Positions 10,816 to 18,991 of a stretch of DNA of 64,000 bases are shown piece by piece. Origin of the DNA: Candidatus Bathyarchaeia archaeon (GTDB taxonomy: Archaea > Thermoproteota > Bathyarchaeia > Bathyarchaeales > Bathycorpusculaceae); the NCBI GenBank assembly GCA_050012255.1, contig JBEKHN010000010.1, positions 1 to 64,000 on the forward strand, in the 5' to 3' direction. Each line of letters opens with the position of its first letter. Positions within the stretch are counted from its first letter, which is position 1. Both the position numbers and the translations under genes were made by a program. The notes beneath the pieces were generated by a model, which was not told where the DNA came from, made no database searches, and worked only from the letters and a program-made list of their open reading frames with translations.

Positions 10816-11478
10816 TTGTTGTTCGGTGTCTCGATGATTAAGGCCGTACTATTTGATATGGACGGAGTGATAGCAGAAACTGAACACGTTCACGTCGAAG
10901 CGGAGAAGCAGACCTTGCTGAAGTACGGCGTTCAAATCACTGAGGATGAGCTGCACCGATACACGGGGACGACGGCCAAGCAGATGTTCATGGAGCTGAT
11001 CGCAAAGTACAAGCTTGACACGACCTTCGAGAAAATATTCAATGAGAAAGAAGAGATCATGTTCAAACTTCTGGAAATGGACACTCAGCCAGTAAAGGGA
11101 GTCATTGAGTTAATCTGTAAGCTGAAAGAGAAGCATTTGAAGTTGGCAGTGGCTTCGAGTTCGCACAGGAGATTGGTTCAGTACGTCTTGAGAAAGTTGG
11201 AGATAACTGAGCTTTTTGATTCAATAATCAGCGCGGAAGATGTTGCACGTGGCAAACCGGACCCAGAGATATTCTTGATGTCCGCAAAGAGGTTAAAGGT
11301 GAGTCCAGCTGAATGTTTGGTGGTCGAGGATGCAAAGTTGGGCGTTGAAGCCGCGAAAGAGGCGGGAATGAAATGCTTAGGCTACAGAAATCCGCACAGC
11401 GGAAATCAAGACTTGTCAAAAGCGGACATCGTGACTGATGACTTCTCCAGCCTAGACGTTCAGGAACTGCTTTCGTGA
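10816..11478 (+). CDS. HAD-family phosphatase (beta-phosphoglucomutase-like)
   Basis: FDMDGV, ASSS, GKPDP, VVEDA. Confidence 0.92.
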   Translation: MLFGVSMIKAVLFDMDGVIAETEHVHVEAEKQTLLKYGVQITEDELHRYTGTTAKQMFMELIAKYKLDTTFEKIFNEKEEIMFKLLEMDTQPVKGVIELICKLKEKHLKLAVASSSHRRLVQYVLRKLEITELFDSIISAEDVARGKPDPEIFLMSAKRLKVSPAECLVVEDAKLGVEAAKEAGMKCLGYRNPHSGNQDLSKADIVTDDFSSLDVQELLS

Positions 11479-11502
11479 ACACGCGATTGGAGCCAGGAGC
11501 AA

Positions 11503-12366
11503 ATGACAGAAAGACTCACGAGGGTTGAGTTCAGCAACTTGGACAAGATCCTATATCCTGAACTGAGGGTCACGAAAGCGCAGGTTATCGAATACTACAT
11601 CAAGGTAGCTCCGAAAATGCTGAATCTGCTGACAGGCAGACCGATAGTCATGACGAGGTTTCCCAACGGCATAGATAAGGAAGGGTTCTATGAGAAGGAC
11701 GCTCCGCAGGGCACGCCGGCTTGGGTGAAAACGTTCAGAAGATACTCTGAGACCGCAAAGCGAGAGATAAGCTACGTACTCTGCGATGATCTTGACTCGC
11801 TTCTCTGGTTGGCTAACCTCGCATCCTTAGAAATTCACATGACACTTTCGAAAGCTGAATCTTTTGAAAACCCAGATCTCGTCGTGTTTGACCTAGACCC
11901 AAAACCTCCAGCGGATTATGATGACGTCGTCGAGGTTGCTCTCCTGATAAAGGAGAGACTGGATGGCTTGAGCTTGAGGTCTTACGTCAAGACTTCTGGG
12001 AAAAAGGGACTCCACATTATCATGCCCATCGTTAAGGGCTACACTTTCCAGCAGGCCAGAGAATTCGTCCAAAAGATCGCAGCACACGTGGGAAAACAAA
12101 CCGAGAAAGTCGTTGCTCAGCGTTCTCGGTCAGACACGCCCGGAAAGGTCTACTTAGACTATGTGCAGAACTCGCATGGAAGAACGATGATTTGCCCATA
12201 CAGCACGAGAGCTACACCGCGGGCCACGGTGTCAACGCCGCTTGAATGGAGCAACGTGAAGAAAGGATTAAACCCAGAAGAATTCAATCTGTTCAGTGTG
12301 GTCAAGGTCTCCAAGAGTCCTTGGGAAGGATTGTTGGAGAACAGGCAGAAGTTGGAGGCGAGTTGA
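11503..12366 (+). CDS. NHEJ primase-polymerase (stand-alone LigD POL domain)
   Basis: SNLDKILYP, RFPNG, FYEK, EIH, VFDLDP, KTSGKKGLH, YLDYVQN, PYS.R, VSTPL.W. Confidence 0.95.
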   Translation: MTERLTRVEFSNLDKILYPELRVTKAQVIEYYIKVAPKMLNLLTGRPIVMTRFPNGIDKEGFYEKDAPQGTPAWVKTFRRYSETAKREISYVLCDDLDSLLWLANLASLEIHMTLSKAESFENPDLVVFDLDPKPPADYDDVVEVALLIKERLDGLSLRSYVKTSGKKGLHIIMPIVKGYTFQQAREFVQKIAAHVGKQTEKVVAQRSRSDTPGKVYLDYVQNSHGRTMICPYSTRATPRATVSTPLEWSNVKKGLNPEEFNLFSVVKVSKSPWEGLLENRQKLEAS

Positions 12367-12368
12367 TA

Positions 12369-13166
12369 ATGACCGATGTAGAGAAAACCCGAGTGCGCAA
12401 AGGGTCTATCTGGAGTGGCACGGTTACGATAGGTCTGGTCAACGTGCCTGTTAGGCTGCAGGCCATGATTTTTGACAAGAGCGTTACCTTCAAGTTCCTT
12501 CACAAGACCGATAATTCACCCCTGAAGTACGAGAAAGTCTGCATCAAAGAAGACAAGGTCGTGCCATGGCAAGATGTCGTCAAAGGGTACGAGGTCAGAA
12601 AGGGCGAGTTCGTCGTATTCACCAACGATGAGCTGAAGGCAGCGAGGCCGGAGTCTGACCAGAGGATTCGCATCGACAAGTTCATTGATTACTTTTCAAT
12701 TGACCCTGTTTACTTTGACAGGTCATACATCTTGACTCCTGACAAGAGCAACGATGCCTACAGCCTGCTTCTAACGGCTCTGGAGAAGATGGGCAAGGCG
12801 GGGGTTGGCAGAATAACGTTAAGGACGAAGGAGTACCCGGTTCTGGTGCACCCTTACAAGGGCGCCCTGGTTTTGACCACTCTGCGCTACGCTTTCGAGG
12901 TTGCTGACCCTGGAAAACTGGAAGAGATCGAGAAACTCAAGGAACCTAAGAAAGAAGAGCTCGACCTAGCAAAGAAAATAGTCACCGATCTGTCAGGAGA
13001 GTTTGACATAACCGAGTACAGAGACACGTTCAAAGAGAAGATCGATCAACTGGTTCAGAAGAAGACGAAGGGTGAAACCATCACCCTTGAGAAGCCCGTG
13101 AAAGAGGAAGCCAAAGAACTGATGGTCGCGCTGCAAGAGACGCTTAAACAGCTGAAGAAGAAATGA
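12369..13166 (+). CDS. ku: Ku DNA end-binding protein
   Basis: SIWSG.V.IGLVNVPV, VVKGYE, IDPVYFDRSY, AYSLL, YRDTF; ATG at 12369, 2 nt after the POL stop. Confidence 0.95.
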   Translation: MTDVEKTRVRKGSIWSGTVTIGLVNVPVRLQAMIFDKSVTFKFLHKTDNSPLKYEKVCIKEDKVVPWQDVVKGYEVRKGEFVVFTNDELKAARPESDQRIRIDKFIDYFSIDPVYFDRSYILTPDKSNDAYSLLLTALEKMGKAGVGRITLRTKEYPVLVHPYKGALVLTTLRYAFEVADPGKLEEIEKLKEPKKEELDLAKKIVTDLSGEFDITEYRDTFKEKIDQLVQKKTKGETITLEKPVKEEAKELMVALQETLKQLKKK

Positions 13167-14557
13167 ACAGGCACTACAAGCCGATGCTCGCACAGTCCGC
13201 AAAAGCCCCGTTTAACTCAAAGGACTGGATCTTCGAGGTAAAATGGGACGGAATCAGAGCAATCAGCTACGCCAACGATGATCTGAGCATAAGGAGCCGG
13301 AATGACAAGGAATTAAGGTACAACTTTCCCGAGTTGGAAGAACTCAAAGACCTGGCAAAGAACGCGGTTCTCGACGGCGAAATCGTCGTCATGAAAGAAG
13401 GCAGCACGGACTTTCAAACACTCATGGAGAGAAGCAAGATGAGTTCACCACGGGACATCGAGCACATGTCTCGCGAATTCCCAGCAACTTATGTTGTTTT
13501 CGACATACTCGAAAGACATGGCAAACCTCTCATCGACCTTCCCCTAATCGAGAGAAAAGACATTCTCAAAGAGACCTTGAAAGAAGGAAAACACGTTATC
13601 ATATCGTTGTTCGTTGAGGACGAAGGCGAGATTTACTACAAGGAAGCCCTCAAGAAAGGCGTAGAGGGGATAATGGCAAAGAAAAAGGACAGCCCTTACA
13701 TGCTTGGAGTGCGGAGCGACAACTGGTTGAAGATAAAGAAGCTGCTGTCCTGCGATTGCGTGATTTTCGGGTACACTGCAGGAGAAGGAAACAGAGAAGA
13801 AGCATTTGGAGCACTGATCTTGGGACTGTATGAAAGGGACAAACCAGCGTACGTTGGCAAGGTTGGAACGGGTTTCTCACGGACCAGCATGAAACATCTG
13901 ATGGAACTCTTCCGAAGATTGGAGACAAGGGAGAAAACGCTTGAAGGAGTCGATGCTCCTGAAAAGGTCACTTGGCTCAAACCGGAGCTCGTGTGCGAAA
14001 TTGTCTATCAGGCTGCGACGAAGGATGACAGGCTGCGCATGCCCAGATTCCGCGTTCTCAGACCTGACAAGTCTCCGGTCGAATGCACCATAGACCAGAT
14101 ACGGCAGAGCAGCCTTCTGGAATACGCTTCGAAAAGAGACTTCACGGTCACGTCTGAGCCGGCGGGCAGCAAGAAGGACAGAGAAGGACAGGTCTTCGTT
14201 GTGCAGGAGCATCATGCCAGAAGATTGCACTATGACCTTCGCTTGGAAAAGGAAGGCGTCCTCAAGAGCTGGGCGGTGCCGAAGGGCATTCCGGAGAAGG
14301 TTGGCGACAAGAGGCTCGCTGTTCAGACGGAGGATCACCCGTTAGAATACGCCAACTTTGAGGGAACGATACCTGAGGGGCAGTATGGAGCTGGAACGGT
14401 AAAGATATGGGATAAAGGAACTTTCGATGTTAAACTCTGGAAAGAGGACATGGTAGAGCTCACGTTGAAGGGAGAGAAGCTTCACGGAAGGTACGTTCTG
14501 ACAAAGTTCAAGAAAGCAGGGGACGATGATTGGCTTCTGCTGAGGGCGAGAGACTGA
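13163..14557 (+). CDS. ligD: NHEJ ATP-dependent ligase fused to a C-terminal LigD 3'-phosphoesterase (LIG-PE)
   Basis: KPMLA, FEVKWDGIR, LDGEI, VFDIL, EGIMAK, WLKIK, VGKVGTGF, RMPRF; then YASKRDF.VTSEP, FVVQEHHARRLHYDLRLE, SWAVPKG, TEDHPLEYANFEG, YGAG.V.IWD. Confidence 0.95.
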   Translation: MNRHYKPMLAQSAKAPFNSKDWIFEVKWDGIRAISYANDDLSIRSRNDKELRYNFPELEELKDLAKNAVLDGEIVVMKEGSTDFQTLMERSKMSSPRDIEHMSREFPATYVVFDILERHGKPLIDLPLIERKDILKETLKEGKHVIISLFVEDEGEIYYKEALKKGVEGIMAKKKDSPYMLGVRSDNWLKIKKLLSCDCVIFGYTAGEGNREEAFGALILGLYERDKPAYVGKVGTGFSRTSMKHLMELFRRLETREKTLEGVDAPEKVTWLKPELVCEIVYQAATKDDRLRMPRFRVLRPDKSPVECTIDQIRQSSLLEYASKRDFTVTSEPAGSKKDREGQVFVVQEHHARRLHYDLRLEKEGVLKSWAVPKGIPEKVGDKRLAVQTEDHPLEYANFEGTIPEGQYGAGTVKIWDKGTFDVKLWKEDMVELTLKGEKLHGRYVLTKFKKAGDDDWLLLRARD

Positions 14558-14558
14558 G

Positions 14559-15305
14559 ATGAACAGCGTTCACGTGGGAAGTATGGGCTGGAGCTACAGC
14601 TTTTGGGTTGAGAACTTCTACCCTAGAGGCCTTAGGCCGAGCGAGTTTTTGGCCGAGTACTCGAAGCATTTTGAAACGGTGGAAGTGAACAACACGTTCT
14701 ACAGAGTTCCCAGCGAAAGCACTCTGTTGAAATGGAGGGAACAGACGCCCAAGGGTTTTCTGTTCTCCGCAAAGTTCCCCCAAGTCATAACGCACAAGAA
14801 GATGCTGAAAGACGGTGAGCCGGAAATGCAGTTTTTCATCGAAAGAATCTCCGTTCTACAAGAGAAGGTTGGGCCCCTGCTTCTACAGTTTCCACCTGTG
14901 TTTGGACCGGAAGAAGCCACTCTTCTGGGAGATTTTCTAACCAAGCTGCCGAAGAAGCACAGGTACGCCGTGGAAGTAAGAAACAAGAAATTGCTTGGCC
15001 ACAAGCTCTACTCTCTTCTCAAAGAGAACGGAGTCGCACTCGCCATCAATCCTCTCATGCCCGAGACAGAGCAGATCACAACCGACTTTGCGTGCATAAG
15101 ATGGGAAGGAGACAGGAGAAAAGTGAACGGCGCGCTTGGAAAGGTAGAGGTCGACAGGACGGACGACATCGAAAAGTGGGCAGCGAAGATCAGCAAATTC
15201 CTCGTTGAAACAAAGGAAGTGTTCGGATATTTCAGTAAATACTACTCGGGTCATCCTCCTACAGACGCAAGACAACTCGTCGAATCGCTCGGTCTAATCA
15301 GCTGA
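14559..15305 (+). CDS. DUF72 (YecE-like) protein
   Basis: VG.MGWSY..W...FYP, VEVNNTFYRVP, KFPQVITH, LLLQFPP, AVEVRN. Confidence 0.93.
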   Translation: MNSVHVGSMGWSYSFWVENFYPRGLRPSEFLAEYSKHFETVEVNNTFYRVPSESTLLKWREQTPKGFLFSAKFPQVITHKKMLKDGEPEMQFFIERISVLQEKVGPLLLQFPPVFGPEEATLLGDFLTKLPKKHRYAVEVRNKKLLGHKLYSLLKENGVALAINPLMPETEQITTDFACIRWEGDRRKVNGALGKVEVDRTDDIEKWAAKISKFLVETKEVFGYFSKYYSGHPPTDARQLVESLGLIS

Positions 15306-15366
15306 AACTGAAGCTTTTTTTGTTATTCTTCTCAGAGTCGTGCTAGTGTCTTTTGACAAGCATGGC

Positions 15367-16071
15367 TTAGGTCTTTGGTGGTGGTGGCGATGGAATTCTG
15401 TCACTCGACACGTTGCCCTTACGCCTTCTTGCAACTAAAAGAACAGTCACTAAGGCAAAAACTATGGTAGTGACCATAAGCGTAAGAGCTATCCCTTGAT
15501 AGAAGTTTAAGCTACTTTTTAGTGAGTTGGTGTCACTCAGATACGTCTGATTTAGAGAAGCATAGGACTGTTCTAGTGAATCGTAATTTTGTGTAAGGTT
15601 GCTATACGTTACAGGATAGATGTTTCCGATTAAAAAGTTTGAATAGACTGAGTAGTCTTGCCCATTAAAGTTATAAGAGGCTTGAATTTCCCCTGTTAGA
15701 TATCCTGCATTACCATAGACTCTGGAAAAATTGTTATTCACATAGTAAGTGTTGTTTGCTACATAATCAGTATCTCCATGCATGGTCATGTTTGTCCACG
15801 TATAATTCCAAGATGTCCATTCGCCAAGGGGTCCAATGTTTCCATAAACCGCCACAAAGATGCGGGACACAGAAATATCATCAAAGATTGGTCGAACATC
15901 AAACGCTATAGAAAATTCCTGATTCGTCACCGCTTCAGTGGGTGCAATAACAGAGCATTGAAATGGAAAATCTTCAACTAGAAGAACGGATTGGTTTTGA
16001 GCTAAAACTGTATTCACTACTAATATAGATATTAAACAACTCAACATTAGAACAAACAACATTCTCTTCAT
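15367..16071 (-). CDS. Secreted, C-terminally membrane-anchored hypothetical protein (AT-rich)
   Basis: Signal peptide, many N-x-S/T sequons, coiled coil, TM helix, RRRK stop-transfer, Pro-rich tail. Confidence 0.8.
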   Translation of the reverse strand: MKRMLFVLMLSCLISILVVNTVLAQNQSVLLVEDFPFQCSVIAPTEAVTNQEFSIAFDVRPIFDDISVSRIFVAVYGNIGPLGEWTSWNYTWTNMTMHGDTDYVANNTYYVNNNFSRVYGNAGYLTGEIQASYNFNGQDYSVYSNFLIGNIYPVTYSNLTQNYDSLEQSYASLNQTYLSDTNSLKSSLNFYQGIALTLMVTTIVFALVTVLLVARRRKGNVSSDRIPSPPPPKT

Positions 16072-16264
16072 AATCCAATCACTAGTCCAGCTTCTGTTGC
16101 TATGCAGATTTAAGATTTCTGCCCTTAAGGTCTTACCTATGAGTAATACTTATTAACAATGATACTGGATTATTGATATAGTACGTTAGCCAAAACGCTT
16201 AAAAGTCTGTATTACCGCAAAAATCACGGATTTGAATCCTCAAACCCAAGTTCAAGAGTTGGGA

Positions 16265-16356
16265 TGCCGAGGATGGGAGTTGAACCCATGCTCCTTAGTG
16301 TGTGCCCGTCCCAGAGCAAAGACACGCTAAGGCTCGTCCGACCGAATTGCCTCGGC
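16265..16356 (-). ncRNA. tRNA-like RNA with reduced D arm and extended anticodon arm
   Basis: Acceptor GCCGAGG/CCTCGGC+A; T arm ATGGG-TTCAACT-CCCAT; long central hairpin; TTTAATAA box upstream at about 16386-16393. Confidence 0.65.
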
Positions 16357-16461
16357 ATTCCGGCCATATATCCACTGTCGAAACTTATTAAATTATCCGT
16401 AAAAGTTTTTGGGTTCCAATATGATTAAACTGACTCACTTTTTTGCCTTATATTTCCGTGT

Positions 16462-16500
16462 AAAACCATTTTTGACCATTTTAGGAACAAGCCAGCGCGC
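16462..16500. mobile_element. Solo IS/MITE terminal repeat
   Basis: Reverse complement GCGCGCTGGCTTGTTCCTAAAATGGTCAAAAATGGTTTT nearly matches the MITE end at 51581. Confidence 0.75.
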
Positions 16501-16563
16501 TATGAAAAAGACTGTTTGGGTTTAGGAGGTAAAGTCTTCTATTAACTTTTTTTTGGGTGAAAA

Positions 16564-16914
16564 CTAATACGTAACTCGCAAATCTCTGCTTCCGCCAGGA
16601 TGCCAGCCAGCCATTTTGAGCCATACGATGCTCAGCACGAGGAAATATGCCCACACTCCGAGAACGTAGATCAGAAAAAACTGAATGGTCATGGTAAGCC
16701 AGAAAAGGACGCCTGCAATAATAAAGGGCGCCGGAAATGCGGCGGTTAGAAGAATTGCGATCACTACCTGATTCTGCAGTATGTTTCGATGGCCTATAGG
16801 CATCTTGGTCTTCAGGTGTGTGAGGGCGTCGTCCTCGAAAAAGTAGATTAACTGCATTAGAAAGAACGTTTTCAGTTTTTGTTTCAGAGAAAGAAAGAGG
16901 GACTTGATTGTCAT
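16564..16914 (-). CDS. Small 2-TM hypothetical protein (start may be 16803)
   Basis: ORF with two hydrophobic helices. Confidence 0.5.
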   Translation of the reverse strand: MTIKSLFLSLKQKLKTFFLMQLIYFFEDDALTHLKTKMPIGHRNILQNQVVIAILLTAAFPAPFIIAGVLFWLTMTIQFFLIYVLGVWAYFLVLSIVWLKMAGWHPGGSRDLRVTY

Positions 16915-17055
16915 GAATCTCCCAACGACACGTTTTTGGGGCCTGCGTTATTTAGCCTGGAATCCAGCCCTGGCGCGCGCTCACAGCAGGACCAACTATG
17001 TATTTCACTAGATAGATGTTCGCTAAAAGCTTGTTGGGTTGGGGTTTGGGTTTGA

Positions 17056-17545
17056 GATAAAACTTTACCCCAACCAACCTTTTGCGTACTATGAGACTTG
17101 CTCACATGGAGAAAAAGGCGCCGAGGAGACGAGTAAACGCCCTATTTGTCTTCGCCGAGTATCTCGGCTAAGACTCGTTCTGCGTATAGAACATACTCGT
17201 CCATGTCTGGACCGAGAAGTACATGCATGACTTCATGGAAAACCACTAGAGTAAACTTTCTCAGACAGAAATCGAAATCGTTTTTCCAGTCGCAGTTGCC
17301 GACGTATATGTGGATGATTCCGTCTGGATTCTTCTTGTTTATGTCATACATGCCTTCAATTGGCGGAGGAACATAGTCCGTGCGAACCTTGCGTACGTAC
17401 TTCTTCTGTGCTTCTGACAAATCTAGAAGAATCACGATTTCCAAGAAGTATCCCATCTATCAAACAAGATTATTGACAGATGAAAATAAGAGACTTGTGT
17501 AATGTGTGTCATTAGTCGGTTTGGGTTTGGGGGTAAAGTTTTATC
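17056..17545. repeat. Inverted pair of a 16-bp element GGGGTAAAGTTTTATC (17056-17071 and 17530-17545); degenerate third copy near 16514-16540
   Basis: Exact reverse-complement match of the cores, each with GGTTTGGGTTT-like flanks. Confidence 0.7.
17142..17456 (-). CDS. Small hypothetical protein with an HExxH motif
   Basis: 104-aa ATG ORF containing VFHEVMHVLL. Confidence 0.65.
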   Translation of the reverse strand: MGYFLEIVILLDLSEAQKKYVRKVRTDYVPPPIEGMYDINKKNPDGIIHIYVGNCDWKNDFDFCLRKFTLVVFHEVMHVLLGPDMDEYVLYAERVLAEILGEDK

Positions 17546-17619
17546 CACACCACAACGCACGCAAGAATCCAAGGCTTTATCTTTTCTAACGATGTTACCC
17601 TGTCCAATAGGTCGGTCGA

Positions 17620-18294
17620 ATGAAGGCAGAGATTTTTCCTTTTTCTCTCGGGTTCAACGAATGCTACATAATTCGAGAACAGGGCGTGATAATGATTGAC
17701 GGTGGGACACCAAAGAAAAAAACGGATTTCATCAAGGCAATGAAAAACATTCCATTGGAGCCTGAGAACATCAAGTTGGTCGTCATAACAGATGGACATC
17801 CAGACCACATAGGCTCTGCCAGAGACATCAAAGAGGTCACGAAGGCGAAGATTGCCATGCATCGATTGGACAAGGATTGTCTTGAGTCTGGAAAATGGAA
17901 GGAGCGGATAAGACAAGGGGGGATAAGTAATAAACTGTTCGGTCGAGTCGTCGCATGGTTCTCTGGTGAGATTCCATCTGCTGAAGTTGAGCTAGTTGTC
18001 GAAGATGATGGTCTGTCTTTGAAGGAGTATGGAGTTTCTGGAAGAATTGTCTACACTCCTGGGCATACGATGGGTTCAGTCAGCGTGCTGTTGGATTCTG
18101 GAGAGGCTTTCGTGGGAGACCTTGCGATGAACAAGCTACCGCTCAGATTCGGCCCAGGGCTACCTACCGTCGCTGAAGATAGAGTGAAAGTCAAGGAAAG
18201 TTGGAGGAAGTTGCTGGAACTTGGGGTAACGACGGTCTATCCTGCGCACGGAAAACCCTTCTCAGCCGAAGTCATCAAGAAGGCTCTGAAGTAA
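17620..18294 (+). CDS. MBL-fold metallo-hydrolase
   Basis: IDGG, TDGHPDHIG (first His of HxHxDH replaced by Asp), TPGHT.GS, GD, YPAHG. Confidence 0.9.
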   Translation: MKAEIFPFSLGFNECYIIREQGVIMIDGGTPKKKTDFIKAMKNIPLEPENIKLVVITDGHPDHIGSARDIKEVTKAKIAMHRLDKDCLESGKWKERIRQGGISNKLFGRVVAWFSGEIPSAEVELVVEDDGLSLKEYGVSGRIVYTPGHTMGSVSVLLDSGEAFVGDLAMNKLPLRFGPGLPTVAEDRVKVKESWRKLLELGVTTVYPAHGKPFSAEVIKKALK

Positions 18295-18444
18295 TAGACT
18301 AAACACGTAAGTCACGTAGCAGTGTTTTTGGTTTGGTTGTACGTTGGTTGGTGGGTTTGTCATGAGTGGGTGGCTGCTTGGGCGCGCGCGACAGCAATGA
18401 GTGAGAAATTCCTATTTCGTTTTGTTTGCGCGCGTGGGGATTGA

Positions 18445-18918
18445 TTAGAACCGTTTTGGTTTTTGTCTGGTGTAGATTTCTATCACATAGTTGTCCGGGT
18501 CACAGAATGAGACAGCATAGTATCCTGGCTCGAATTCAGGATGCTCTTCACATGGGAACAGGGCTTTAAACCCTTTAGTCTTCATTTCTCTCTCGATGTC
18601 ATAAACAGCTTTCTTGTCCTGAACGAGGATCGCTAAATGATCAGTCACGACGAACTCTTCCCCAGTCGGAGCCTTGCGCCTAACCCTTGGTTCCGGCAAC
18701 GCACTCACCCAAACCGAGAAATTCTGGTTGGAGAATCCTACTCCATCTTCAGTGTCCATCATGACCCTGAAGCCTAGCCCTGCCAGCAAAGCCTTGTAAA
18801 ACTTCTTCGAATTGCCTAGGTTCGAGACTTCGATTCCAACATGACCAACAATTGCTTGAGTTTGCTTATCTGAAGGCAAAGCGTCACCCCACGAAACCGA
18901 TTGATGTGGCTTCTCCAC
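18445..18918 (-). CDS. VOC/glyoxalase family protein
   Basis: HVGIEVSNL..SKKFY, HLAI, YYAVSFCDPDNYVIE. Confidence 0.88.
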   Translation of the reverse strand: MEKPHQSVSWGDALPSDKQTQAIVGHVGIEVSNLGNSKKFYKALLAGLGFRVMMDTEDGVGFSNQNFSVWVSALPEPRVRRKAPTGEEFVVTDHLAILVQDKKAVYDIEREMKTKGFKALFPCEEHPEFEPGYYAVSFCDPDNYVIEIYTRQKPKRF

Positions 18919-18991
18919 TTAAATAACTTTCATGTTGATGAAGCTCCTATCTGATGATCGCCTCAAGCGTGCGACTTGAGCAGCGTTCAAT

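Noticed and set aside
12246-12368. N-terminal extension of Ku
   Set aside because: It overlaps the POL gene; GGAGG plus ATG 12369 is the better start.
16265-16356. tRNA-Pyl or tRNA-Sec
   Set aside because: The short D loop and 3-nt variable loop recall tRNA-Pyl, but no CUA or UCA anticodon can be placed and there is no long variable arm.
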